Shown in pieces: positions 29,957 through 39,288 of a DNA stretch of 64,000 nucleotides. Positions within the stretch are counted from its first letter, which is position 1; every line of letters starts with the position of its first letter. Source of the stretch: an uncultured Bacilli bacterium (GTDB lineage: Bacteria > Bacillota_I > Bacilli_A > RF39 > UBA660); the NCBI GenBank assembly GCA_944358675.1, contig CALVRN010000005.1, positions 232 through 64,231 on the forward strand. Reading direction: 5' to 3'. Position numbers and translations under genes: made by a program. The notes beneath the pieces were generated by a model. That model saw only the letters and a list, made by a program, of their open reading frames with translations. It had not been told where the DNA came from and searched no databases.

Positions 29957-31786
29957 TTAAATTTGAATTTTCATTATTCTTAAAGAATTTAAAACCGCAA
30001 GTAAAGTTACTCCAACATCTGCAAAAACAGCCATCCAAATACTAGCAAAACCAAAGGTTGCTAAAACAAGCATCAATAACTTAAATCCTAAAGCAAATAC
30101 AATATTAAATTTAACAATACTTTGAGTAACCTTAGCAATTTTTATAGCTACTACAATTTTAGATAAATTATCATGCATAAGTACTACATCAGAAGCTTCA
30201 ATTGCTGCATCACTTCCAATAGAACCCATTGAAATACCCAAATCAGCCTCTTTAATAACAGGAGCATCATTTATCCCATCACCAACAAAAGCCGTAAATG
30301 TTGTTTTTTTAATTTCTTTTAACTTTTCAACCTTATCTATAGGAAGTAATTCAGCATAATATTCATCAATATTAACTTTATTTGCTACTTCACATACAAT
30401 ATTCTTATTATCGCCAGAAAGCATCACAGTTCTATTAATTCCTATATTCTTAAGATTATTTACTAAATTATTAGCAGACTCCTTAATCTTATCTCCAATA
30501 ACTAAATAACCTATATATTTATCATCACAAATTACATAAACAACTGTTCCAAAAGCCTTAACCTTAGGAACAATAATACCTTCCTTACTAAATAAATTTT
30601 CACTACCTATCATTAATTTTTTTGAAAATACTATCCCTTTAACACCCTGACCACTCAACTCTTTATAATCTTTAATTTCACTTTCATCAATTTTATCATT
30701 ATAAGCTTTGACTATTGATAAAGCAATTGGATGATTTGAATAATACTCTAAATAAGCCGCATATTTCAATAATTCTTCTTTAGAAACACCATTACTAACT
30801 ATATTCCTTACTTCAAACTTACCCTCAGTAATCGTTCCTGTCTTATCAAAAATAATTGTCTCCAATTTATTCAAACTATCTAAACCATTACTACTTTTAA
30901 TTAAAATACCTTCCCTACTAGCTCTACCAACTCCGCAAAAAAATCCAAGTGGCACAGATATAACCAAAGCACAAGGGCATGCTGTAACTAAAAATACTAA
31001 AGCTTTATAAAACCATTCGTTAAAATCCTCGCCTAATAACATAGGAATTAAAACAAGTAAAACAGCAAGCAAAACTACAATCGGAGTATATATTTTAGAA
31101 AACCTAGTAATAAACTTTTCTGCTTTAGTTTTCTTTTCATTAGAATTTTCAAGCATATTTATAATTTTACTGGCTGTAGAATTACTAAATTCACTTGTAG
31201 ATTTTACCGTAATAAGTCCACTACCATTCACAAATCCACTTAATACACTATCGCCAACATTAACTTCTTTAGGTATACTCTCACCTGTTAAACTAGATGT
31301 ATCTAAAGATGTATTACCACTCACTATCACCCCATCTAAAGGTACTTTCTCACCAGGTTTAACTAAAAACAAATCACCAACTCTAGCTTTCTTAATATCT
31401 ACCTTCTCTACCTTATCACCATTTTTCAAATTCACATAATCACTGCGTAAATCCATCAGTTTAGTAATTGACTCTTTAGAATTATCAACAGCTAAATCAG
31501 ATAAATATTCACCAAACTCAAATAAAAGCATTACCATAACTGCCTCTGGATATTCTCCAATTATAAAAGCACTTATAGTTGCAATAATCATCAATGTATT
31601 TTCATCAAAAATCTCACCTTGAAATATTTTTTTAACCGCATCTATAAATATTTCATATGAAACAACTAAATAACTACATACCAAAAGTATTAAATAAATA
31701 TTATCTTTAAAAAACAAAGATAAAATAAACAAAATGGCACTTATTATAATCTTAATTAAATCACTATTTAATTTAATTTTCATCAC
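29957..31786 (-). CDS. cadA: Heavy-metal (Cd/Zn/Co-type) P1B-type ATPase without an N-terminal HMA domain
   Basis: TM CPC motif (TACPCALVIS), DKTGTIT phosphorylation site and GDGINDAP. Confidence 0.9.
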   Translation of the reverse strand: MMKIKLNSDLIKIIISAILFILSLFFKDNIYLILLVCSYLVVSYEIFIDAVKKIFQGEIFDENTLMIIATISAFIIGEYPEAVMVMLLFEFGEYLSDLAVDNSKESITKLMDLRSDYVNLKNGDKVEKVDIKKARVGDLFLVKPGEKVPLDGVIVSGNTSLDTSSLTGESIPKEVNVGDSVLSGFVNGSGLITVKSTSEFSNSTASKIINMLENSNEKKTKAEKFITRFSKIYTPIVVLLAVLLVLIPMLLGEDFNEWFYKALVFLVTACPCALVISVPLGFFCGVGRASREGILIKSSNGLDSLNKLETIIFDKTGTITEGKFEVRNIVSNGVSKEELLKYAAYLEYYSNHPIALSIVKAYNDKIDESEIKDYKELSGQGVKGIVFSKKLMIGSENLFSKEGIIVPKVKAFGTVVYVICDDKYIGYLVIGDKIKESANNLVNNLKNIGINRTVMLSGDNKNIVCEVANKVNIDEYYAELLPIDKVEKLKEIKKTTFTAFVGDGINDAPVIKEADLGISMGSIGSDAAIEASDVVLMHDNLSKIVVAIKIAKVTQSIVKFNIVFALGFKLLMLVLATFGFASIWMAVFADVGVTLLAVLNSLRIMKIQI

Positions 31787-32075
31787 TAATCTTCTCCTTT
31801 AAGTGTTCTATTCCATATTTCAAAATAATAGAAATATGTTCATCGGTAATACTATAATTTACCGTTTGCCCAACTTTATTCGCTTTAACTAAATTAGAAC
31901 CTCTAAGTGTTTTTAATTGATGAGAAACAGCCGATTGACTAACATCTAACTTTTCCGATATTTCATTCACACACTTCTCACCAGACACTAACAAATCTAA
32001 AATACGAAGTCTTGTTTCATCCGCAAAAATCTTAAAAAATTCTGCTAAACCACCTAAGAACTCTTTACTATACAT
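31773..32075 (-). CDS. ArsR/SmtB (CadC-like) metalloregulator
   Basis: LAEFFKIFADETRLRILDLL...CVNEISEKLDVSQSAVSHQLKTLR wHTH. Overlaps the cadA start. Confidence 0.85.
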   Translation of the reverse strand: MYSKEFLGGLAEFFKIFADETRLRILDLLVSGEKCVNEISEKLDVSQSAVSHQLKTLRGSNLVKANKVGQTVNYSITDEHISIILKYGIEHLKEKISDEN

Positions 32076-32090
32076 TCTCATCACCTCTAT

Positions 32091-32112
32091 TATATGAATA
32101 ATTGTTCATATA
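32091..32112. promoter_or_regulatory. Candidate ArsR-family operator palindrome
   Basis: tatatgaa-taattg-ttcatata inverted repeat directly upstream of the arsR-cadA SD, overlapping a TATAAT-like element. Confidence 0.4.
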
Positions 32113-32161
32113 ATCATATTACAATATCTAAAAAAAGATGTCAATATAAAACATCTAATTT

Positions 32162-32911
32162 TTAACACATACCAGCTCCATCAACTGATAAAATAGCTCC
32201 CGTAACAAAACTAGCCATATCACTTGCTAAAAAGAGAAACGCATTTGCAACATCTTCAGGTTCACCCATTCTACCAATCGGAATAGAAGCAATAATCGGT
32301 TTAATCATCTCTTCTGGCAAAGCATCTACCATATCAGTGTGAATAACACCAGGGGCTACCGCATTTACCCTAATATGATCTTTGCCAAGTTCTCTAGCCA
32401 AAGACTTAGTCAAACCATTAACCGCAAACTTACTTGCTGGATATCCACATCCTGCAGCTTGTCCATAAATACTAACCATTGAACTAGTATTTAAAATAAC
32501 TCCGCCACCTTGCTGTTTCATATATAAAGCTCCTACTTTAGAGCAATTAAACACAGCTTTAACATTTAAATCAATAATCTTGTCAAAAGCTTCTTCTGTA
32601 TAATTATATAAACTATCTCTAGCAGAAATTCCAGCATTATTTACTACAATATCAATTTTTCCATATCTATTTTTAACTTCCGCAAAAGCTTTTTCCACTT
32701 CTTTCATATTAGTTATATCAGGATGCATTCCCATAACTTCATATCCAGGATTTTCTCCTTTTAATTTAATCAAAGCATTTTGAACAGACTCTTCTTTAGT
32801 CCCAAATAAAACTACTTTGGCACCATTATCCAAAAACTTCTTAACAATAGCAAATCCAATACCTCTAGTACCACCTGTAACAATTGCTACTTTACCTTGT
32901 AACATTTTCAT
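32162..32911 (-). CDS. Short-chain dehydrogenase/reductase (FabG-like)
   Basis: TGGTRGIG cofactor motif, NNAG and the catalytic YPASK. Confidence 0.85.
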   Translation of the reverse strand: MKMLQGKVAIVTGGTRGIGFAIVKKFLDNGAKVVLFGTKEESVQNALIKLKGENPGYEVMGMHPDITNMKEVEKAFAEVKNRYGKIDIVVNNAGISARDSLYNYTEEAFDKIIDLNVKAVFNCSKVGALYMKQQGGGVILNTSSMVSIYGQAAGCGYPASKFAVNGLTKSLARELGKDHIRVNAVAPGVIHTDMVDALPEEMIKPIIASIPIGRMGEPEDVANAFLFLASDMASFVTGAILSVDGAGMC

Positions 32912-32996
32912 TACCTACCTTTCATACTTATCATAACACATATAAATAAAAAAAACATAAAAACAAACAAAAAAAGACATATACTTAACACATTCA

Positions 32997-33935
32997 TTAA
33001 AGCATATCTCTTTTCTTAAGCCACCAAGCCAAAATAAGTGAAACAATAAATGAAATAATACAAATAAATAAAAATGAATAATCACTTTCACCAATAATAC
33101 CAAGCGGTACATTCATACCCAAAAAAGAAGCAATCATAGTTGGAACAGAAAATACAATAGTAATTGCTGTTAAAAACTTCACAATAACATTCAAATTATT
33201 AGAAATAATAGTTCCATAAGCATCAATTGTTGAAGACAAAATTTCTCTAGATATCGCACAATTTTCAATACATTGTTTATTTTCTATAATTGTATCTTCC
33301 AAAAGAATTTTTTCTTCTTTACTTAAAGGAATAATATCTTCTTTTTGTAATCTCTCTAGCACAGTACTATTAGCCCTCAAAGATGTAATAAAATAAACAA
33401 GTGATTTTTGAATATTTAAAAAATTCAAAAGCTGTTTATTATTAGTTGAATGATAAGTATGTTTTTCAACCTTCTTAATATCATATTCTAACGAATCTAA
33501 AGTATATAGATATGCTTCTGCGGAATTAAAAATGATTTGTAATAAAAAACGTATTCTCTTAGAAATATCAAAATTATCTACATCTCCTTGTTTGAATTTC
33601 TTTAAAAAATCATGTTCTACTAAAGAGACAGTTACTATAAAATGACTATCGCATATAATAATTCCTAAAGGATATGTAACATATTTATTTTTAATGCTCC
33701 TATCTTTCATATAAGGAACATCTATTACAACTAAAGTTCCTCCATCAAATTTTCTAACTCTTGGAAACTCTTTTTCTACTAAAACCTGCATAATAATAGA
33801 AGATTTTATTTCGCAAATAGTAGAAATTTTTTTTACTTCTTCCTCTGTCGGGTTTATTAAATCAATCCAACTATTTTTTTCAATCTGTTCACATAAATTC
33901 ACTTTATTTAATTCACTTTTAAAAACCTTAATCAT
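32997..33935 (-). CDS. corA: CorA-family divalent cation transporter
   Basis: Cytoplasmic domain plus two C-terminal TM segments with the GMN motif (FLGMNVPL). Confidence 0.85.
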   Translation of the reverse strand: MIKVFKSELNKVNLCEQIEKNSWIDLINPTEEEVKKISTICEIKSSIIMQVLVEKEFPRVRKFDGGTLVVIDVPYMKDRSIKNKYVTYPLGIIICDSHFIVTVSLVEHDFLKKFKQGDVDNFDISKRIRFLLQIIFNSAEAYLYTLDSLEYDIKKVEKHTYHSTNNKQLLNFLNIQKSLVYFITSLRANSTVLERLQKEDIIPLSKEEKILLEDTIIENKQCIENCAISREILSSTIDAYGTIISNNLNVIVKFLTAITIVFSVPTMIASFLGMNVPLGIIGESDYSFLFICIISFIVSLILAWWLKKRDML

Positions 33936-34084
33936 AAACCCACCTTTTCTTCAAATATTTACACTTATCTTCATTAATTACTATATCATGATGATACTTT
34001 AATGTAAAGAAGTACATAAATATTTATCAAAAATAGTACTACCCATAACTTTTCTGATACAATATAAATGGATGTGAGTTTTTT

Positions 34085-34717
34085 ATGAAAGAAAAATTTA
34101 AAAATTATTTAAATAATGACTACAACTTTGATAAAGCAACACTACTTGGAATAATCTGTTTAATAATTGTAATATCAGGAATATTTGGCTGGTTATATGA
34201 ATTTATTTTTTATTTCTTTAATAGTGGTATGAAAGAGTTTTATTGGCGAGGTGGCAATTTTCTACCATGGATAAACATATATGCTATAGGAGCAGTAACA
34301 ATCTTTTTTCTAACCTATAAAAAAAGAAAACACCCATTATATATTTTCTTAATAAGTGTTGTTGCAAGCGGTATACTAGAATACATTGGTGGTTGGTATA
34401 TGGAAAACATAAATACTGTCAAATGTTGGGATTATAATAAAGAAATATTAAATTTTGGAAACATTAATGGATATGTATGTTTAAGAAGTGTTTTAATATT
34501 TGGTATATCAAGCTTACTTTTAATGTATATAATCGTTCCACTTTGTTTTTATCTAGCAACCCATCTAAATAAAAAACTGTTTTTAATAATCAGTTATACC
34601 TTATGTTTTATATTTCTAGCCGATGAACTTTATAACTTAATATTTGCCAATCTCTTTTCACTTCCAAGAGCATCCACTATTTATAAAAAACTAGGATTTA
34701 AATATTTATATTTTTAA
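34085..34717 (+). CDS. Polytopic membrane protein (putative ABC-transporter type IV/CmpB-like family?)
   Basis: 6 predicted TM segments. WRGGNFLPWINIYAIGA and CWDYN resemble PF06541-type proteins. Tentative. Confidence 0.55.
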   Translation: MKEKFKNYLNNDYNFDKATLLGIICLIIVISGIFGWLYEFIFYFFNSGMKEFYWRGGNFLPWINIYAIGAVTIFFLTYKKRKHPLYIFLISVVASGILEYIGGWYMENINTVKCWDYNKEILNFGNINGYVCLRSVLIFGISSLLLMYIIVPLCFYLATHLNKKLFLIISYTLCFIFLADELYNLIFANLFSLPRASTIYKKLGFKYLYF

Positions 34718-34788
34718 ACTAAAAAGGCTTCAACTCATACAAGTTTGAAGTCTTTTCAAATTACATAATAACTATTTCAATACTTTAA

Positions 34789-35050
34789 CTAATTTCTTTG
34801 AACAGTTTTCCTATCAACATTTCTAGTTTTATTTAAAACTTTTTGAAATACTTGAATTTCTCTTTCATGTTCACTAGTAATAGCCAATTCTCTTTTTTTG
34901 GGGATATCCAGATAAACTCATAGCTTTATCATAACTTTGTGCATAATCAAGCAATAGATATCTTACCACCCCATAAATTTGTGACAATTTTATTCCTTCT
35001 ACACTTAAATTATTTTTTAAAATATAATCTATATGTTCAGTTTTATTCAC
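34789..35050 (-). pseudogene. Possible frameshifted small ORF or gene remnant downstream of fic
   Basis: VNKTEHIDYILKNN...DKAMSLSGYPQKK continues in the +1 frame as RELAITSEHEREIQVFQKVLNKTRNVDRKTVQRN. The frames switch at the homopolymer T7G4 at 34894-34904. Confidence 0.3.
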
Positions 35051-35171
35051 AATAAGGGAAAATGCATTAATAACACTATGTCAAATTTACATAACATTTT
35101 AAAGGTTTATTTTTCTAACGTGTTTAAATATTTTAATATTATAATATGAAATTATTTTATGACAGTCACTT

Positions 35172-36248
35172 TTAATTATCATTTCCGACAAAAACATTAT
35201 AAATTTCTTTATATCTATATCCTAATTTTGCATATGTAGAATCAACTACTAATATATTCATATCAACTAATTGATCAATTAAAGTAGAAACCGTATTTCG
35301 TGAAACACCAGATTCATCTTCTATTTCTTTTTTGGTAAATACTATTTGATGCATCATCGCTGGCATCACTCTATATATCGCAGTACTTTTTAATGATTTT
35401 ATTTTTTCCATATCCTTCTTGTATATCTGTTTTATCATATTTATTTTAGCAATATAGTTATTACACTGTTCAATTACGCACTGTAAAAAGAACTTTATAA
35501 ATCCAAGCATATTTCCTTTTCGACTTTCATTTAAATATTTATGATATGTCGGTTTATACAATTCTATAACTTCTGATAGAAACAAAATAGGTTCATCATT
35601 AGTTAATTTTGCCAGCTGAATAGAAATCAAAGCTCTACCTAATCTACCATTACCATCTCTATATGCATGAATAGTTTCAAATTGAGAATGAGAAATAGCC
35701 ATATTTATAAACAATGGATCTATAAATTCATTATTCATATATTTGAATAAATTATCTAATAAAATCGGAACATCTTCCGGGATTGGTGGCACAAAAATAG
35801 CCTCATCAATACTACAGCCTTTCGGGCCAATCCAATTTTGAATATTTCTAACATGACCAGGTTCTTTTTCGTTTCCACGAACACTATCCAAGAGAATTTT
35901 ATGAATATTATTCACAAACACTAAATTTATTTCATTATTTTGATTTAAATAATTTTTAGAATATTCAATTACTTTCTTTAAATTTTGAATTTCCAAATTA
36001 TCATCAGTTTTTGGCATATATTTTAAATAATACATTTCATCCTGTGAAATTTGAGTACCTTCAATTTGAGTAGATTTCAAACTTTCACTTAATATAATTG
36101 AATCTAAAAAAAACTTTGAATCAAACTCAACATTTTTCAAGCACATTTTATATTCGCCATATTTTTCATTTGCCTCTGACAATAATTTTAAAAGTTCCTT
36201 ATCCATATCATATTCAATTGGCAACGTCTTTACTTTCATCGGTTCCAT
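35172..36248 (-). CDS. fic: Fic-family protein (AMPylase type) with N-terminal inhibitory motif and C-terminal wHTH
   Basis: Fic motif HAYRDGNGRLGRAL, the N-terminal inhibitory-type motif STQIEG ([ST]xxxE[GN]) and a C-terminal HTH (GVSRNTVSTLIDQL). SD AGAGGTGA supports the ATG at 36248. Confidence 0.9.
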   Translation of the reverse strand: MEPMKVKTLPIEYDMDKELLKLLSEANEKYGEYKMCLKNVEFDSKFFLDSIILSESLKSTQIEGTQISQDEMYYLKYMPKTDDNLEIQNLKKVIEYSKNYLNQNNEINLVFVNNIHKILLDSVRGNEKEPGHVRNIQNWIGPKGCSIDEAIFVPPIPEDVPILLDNLFKYMNNEFIDPLFINMAISHSQFETIHAYRDGNGRLGRALISIQLAKLTNDEPILFLSEVIELYKPTYHKYLNESRKGNMLGFIKFFLQCVIEQCNNYIAKINMIKQIYKKDMEKIKSLKSTAIYRVMPAMMHQIVFTKKEIEDESGVSRNTVSTLIDQLVDMNILVVDSTYAKLGYRYKEIYNVFVGNDN

Positions 36249-36296
36249 AGATATCACCTCTGACTAAATTATAACATATTTAATATTTAAATCAAT

Positions 36297-36375
36297 AAAA
36301 ATGCACAATATTTTAAAAATATTGTGCATTTTTGACAAAAAATGTGCATTTTTGCACAACCATTGTGCATTTTTG
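36297..36375. repeat. Iterated 12-mer TGTGCATTTTTG: three direct copies at 20-21 bp spacing plus one inverted copy
   Basis: Direct copies at 36323-36334, 36343-36354 and 36364-36375. An inverted copy at 36297-36309 forms the perfect palindrome aaaaatgcacaatatttt/aaaaatattgtgcattttt with copy 1. Lies between tRNA-Thr and the fic start. Confidence 0.6.
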
Positions 36376-36380
36376 CATAT

Positions 36381-36407
36381 TAAAACTCAAGTTTTTTATA
36401 CCTGAGT
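36381..36407 (-). terminator. Intrinsic terminator after tRNA-Thr
   Basis: Minus strand ACUCAGG-N9-CUUGAGU followed by UUUU. Confidence 0.5.
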
Positions 36408-36417
36408 TATTTTTATA

Positions 36418-36491
36418 TGGTGCCGCAACGGAGAATCGAACGCCGATTAAAGCCTTACCATGGCCTCGTAATACCTTTATACTATTGCGGC
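36418..36491 (-). tRNA. tRNA-Thr (anticodon GGU)
   Basis: Hand-folded cloverleaf: acceptor GCCGCAA/TTGCGGC, anticodon stem AGGCC/GGCTT, loop ATGGTAA (U33, GGT, A37), T-loop TTCGATT, encoded CCA. There is one C-U mismatch in the T stem and a 4-nt variable loop. Confidence 0.8.
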
Positions 36492-36532
36492 ATATAAAAA
36501 TTATATAATATTTATATATAATTTTCAATATT

Positions 36533-36730
36533 TTATGGTAATTTCTTTTTCCTTATTTTCTCTCGCCTTTCCATTACCTCTTCTTCGGTGCGAAATAGTC
36601 CCATTCTAATTCTAACATCACATAAACTATATTTTAAAGGACTTCTTCTAATATTCTTTCCAAGATTTTTCCCTTCTTCTTTACTAATAGGTAAATCAGA
36701 CCAAGGAGTAGATATAATATCTCTTTTCAT
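36533..36730 (-). CDS. Small basic hypothetical protein (65 aa)
   Basis: ORF starts 4 nt after the stop of the PGM gene. No motif recognised. Confidence 0.45.
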   Translation of the reverse strand: MKRDIISTPWSDLPISKEEGKNLGKNIRRSPLKYSLCDVRIRMGLFRTEEEVMERREKIRKKKLP

Positions 36731-36734
36731 AAAA

Positions 36735-38111
36735 CTACATCCCCTTTATTTCATCAATTAAACTTATAAATTCATTTTGAATTTCTTTCAATCTTTTTTC
36801 AGTCTTAGCTTCAAATCTAACCGTTAAATCAGGTCCTGTATTACTAGCTCTAACTAAAGCCCAACCATCATCAAAAGTAACTCTAATACCATCTGTTAAA
36901 GAAAATGTATATTTTTTATTTTTAGCATATTCAATAACACCATTCACAATATTAAATTTATTATCTTCAGTAACCCTTACTTTTAACTCTTCAGTCGAAA
37001 AATAATGATTAACTCCATCAAATAGTTCACTTATTTTTTTATCAGTATGAGAAAGTAATTCTATAATTCTAAGTATTCCATAAATACCATCATCAAAACC
37101 TAAATATCTATCTCTAAAAAATAAATGTCCAGAATATTCGCCACCAAAATCCAAATTATTTTCATTCACGTAACTTCGGCAATATACACTACCAGTTCTA
37201 TTCATACAAGGTTTTAACCCAAGTTTTTTAATTTCATCAATTAAACTCATAGAACACTTAACATCAAATACACCTTTTTTTACTTCCATTTGCTCAGCCA
37301 AATCTCTATAAAATAAAATCATAATCATATCAGCCGGAACAAAAGATCCATCTTCTAAAACCATACCACACCTATCTGTATCACCATCAACAGCCACACC
37401 TAAATCATAGCCTAAATTTTTAACCATTTCACCTAGATCATGTAAATTATTTTTAACAGCAGGATCTGGAATATGATTTGGAAAATTACAATCACTATCA
37501 CAATATAAAAGTTCATATTCTATATTAAACTCTTTCAAAATATTTTCAATAAATATACTGCCTGTTCCATTACCACAATCCACTACTACTTTAACTTTTC
37601 GGTCACCTAATCTTAAAGACTTTTTCAAATTATCCAAATAAGCTGGAAATACATCCTCTTCAGTGACACTCCCTTTACCATCTTTAAAATCATAACAATC
37701 TAAATAATGTTTAAAATCTTGTAATTCTTTACCATATAAAGAATCATTCTTTTTAACCGACATTTTAAATCCGTTATATTCTTTAGGATTATGACTGGCA
37801 GTAACCATAATACCAGCATTCACATCATAATATATTTTAGCAAAATTATGCATTGGTGTTGTTACCAACCCCAAACTAAATACATTAACTCCACTATCTA
37901 AAATTCCCTGCATCAAAGCAGAATATATTTCCATATAACTATCTCTATTATCATGACCCAAAATAACCTTACTTTCACCAAGTTCTCTAACATAACTTCC
38001 AAAAGCTTTTCCTACAGTATAAGCAACATCCTCATTTAAATCATCACCATATATACCTCTAACATCATATTCTCTAAAAATTGCTGGATTAATTTTATTT
38101 GTTATTTTCAT
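36735..38111 (-). CDS. Phosphoglucomutase/phosphomannomutase family protein
   Basis: Active-site loop TASHNPKEYNGFK, metal loop DGDTDR and sugar loop GGEYSGH. Confidence 0.9.
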   Translation of the reverse strand: MKITNKINPAIFREYDVRGIYGDDLNEDVAYTVGKAFGSYVRELGESKVILGHDNRDSYMEIYSALMQGILDSGVNVFSLGLVTTPMHNFAKIYYDVNAGIMVTASHNPKEYNGFKMSVKKNDSLYGKELQDFKHYLDCYDFKDGKGSVTEEDVFPAYLDNLKKSLRLGDRKVKVVVDCGNGTGSIFIENILKEFNIEYELLYCDSDCNFPNHIPDPAVKNNLHDLGEMVKNLGYDLGVAVDGDTDRCGMVLEDGSFVPADMIMILFYRDLAEQMEVKKGVFDVKCSMSLIDEIKKLGLKPCMNRTGSVYCRSYVNENNLDFGGEYSGHLFFRDRYLGFDDGIYGILRIIELLSHTDKKISELFDGVNHYFSTEELKVRVTEDNKFNIVNGVIEYAKNKKYTFSLTDGIRVTFDDGWALVRASNTGPDLTVRFEAKTEKRLKEIQNEFISLIDEIKGM

Positions 38112-38215
38112 ACCCCTATTCCTCCTACATTAATTATATATTACTTTTTTAAAAAGTACAATTATTAACTTCATATTTCAAAAACATATTTAGTATAATG
38201 TTGTGAGGTGAAAAA

Positions 38216-39271
38216 ATGACAAAAAAAATAAAATTTATAATAACCTTTATATTATTCATTTTAATAGCACTAATTATTTATTTAAAATTTATAAATATAC
38301 ATAAAATAAACATACCAACTATTACTTTGTCTGGAAAAAATATTATAACCTTATATCAAGGACAAACTTATAAAGAACCCGGATATAAAGCAACAGATCC
38401 TAAAGATGGTGATATTACAGATAAAGTTAAAATAAATGATCAGATTTCCACAGACAAAACCGGCACTTACGAACTAATATACACTGTAGTTAATTCAAAA
38501 GGAGAAATAGCCAAAGCTCATAGATTTATTAAAGTAATAGAAAACAAAACACCATTTTATAAAGATGAATATGATAAAATTGACAACCAAACTAGAGGTT
38601 GGTGGAGTAACAATAAATTAGATGGTAAAAGACCGTCAGGAGGTGCTGATATCAATGAATTAAAAAAATATAATGCCTTCTTCATGGGACCAGATGAAAA
38701 AGTCTTATATCTTACTTTTGATGAAGGTGGACTAGAGACATATGTCAAAGAAATTGTTGATGTTTTAAATCAAAATAATGTTAAAGCTACATTCTTCTTA
38801 TGCCGAAAATTCATCGAAGAAAATGCAGATTTAATTAAAAAGATGGCTGAAACAGGTCATACCATAGCTAACCACACTTCCCATCATTTAAATATGCCTG
38901 AGCTTGCTACAAAAGAAAACTTTAACAAATACATTCAAGAAATCAAAGAAGTAGAAGAAACATATTATAAAATTACAGGACAAAATATGGAAAAAGTTTA
39001 TCGAGATCCAAGAGGAGAATGGAGTTATAGAGACTTACAAATTATGAAAGATTTAGGTTACAAATCATATTTCTATAGTGCTGATTATTTGGATTATAAA
39101 GAAGATGTTTCAAAAGAAAAGGCCTTAAATGAACTTACCAAAAGAGTTCATAATGGAGCCATATACTTAATGCATCCAAAAAATAAAGGTAATTATCTAG
39201 CTCTAGATACTTTTATTAAAAACATGAAAAAACAAGGATATAGATTCGACCTTGTTAAAAACATCAAATAG
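38216..39271 (+). CDS. Polysaccharide deacetylase (NodB family, PdaA-like) with N-terminal Ig-like domain
   Basis: TM anchor, a DUF5011-like segment (YKEPGYKATDPKDGDITDKV) and NodB motifs LTFDEG and ANHTSHH. Confidence 0.85.
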   Translation: MTKKIKFIITFILFILIALIIYLKFINIHKINIPTITLSGKNIITLYQGQTYKEPGYKATDPKDGDITDKVKINDQISTDKTGTYELIYTVVNSKGEIAKAHRFIKVIENKTPFYKDEYDKIDNQTRGWWSNNKLDGKRPSGGADINELKKYNAFFMGPDEKVLYLTFDEGGLETYVKEIVDVLNQNNVKATFFLCRKFIEENADLIKKMAETGHTIANHTSHHLNMPELATKENFNKYIQEIKEVEETYYKITGQNMEKVYRDPRGEWSYRDLQIMKDLGYKSYFYSADYLDYKEDVSKEKALNELTKRVHNGAIYLMHPKNKGNYLALDTFIKNMKKQGYRFDLVKNIK

Positions 39272-39288
39272 GTTTTATACCTATTTTT

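Noticed and set aside
32915-33112. 65-aa minus-strand ORF overlapping the corA 3-prime end
   Set aside because: It is in an alternative frame of the corA C-terminal TM region and intergenic DNA. The corA frame, with its GMN motif, is clearly the real one.
33936-34084. Possible M-box (Mg) riboswitch upstream of corA
   Set aside because: The region is a 149-nt divergent intergenic stretch that is very AT-rich, with no extended paired elements visible.
36321-36375. Regularly spaced repeats considered as a mini-CRISPR array
   Set aside because: The repeats are only 12 nt long, the spacers about 8 nt, and there are only three direct copies. This is an operator-like array, not a CRISPR. No CRISPR array was seen anywhere in the window.
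34740-36491. Fic region as a tRNA-Thr-integrated element with att duplication
   Set aside because: I looked for a second copy of the tRNA-Thr 3-prime end (tggtgccgcaacgg or its complement) between 34.7 and 35.2 kb and found none. No integrase is present. Accessory origin stays possible but is unsupported.
36313-36528. 71-aa minus-strand ORF
   Set aside because: It runs straight through the tRNA-Thr gene and the iteron array, so it is an artefact.
38557-38748. 63-aa minus-strand ORF
   Set aside because: It is antisense within the polysaccharide deacetylase gene.
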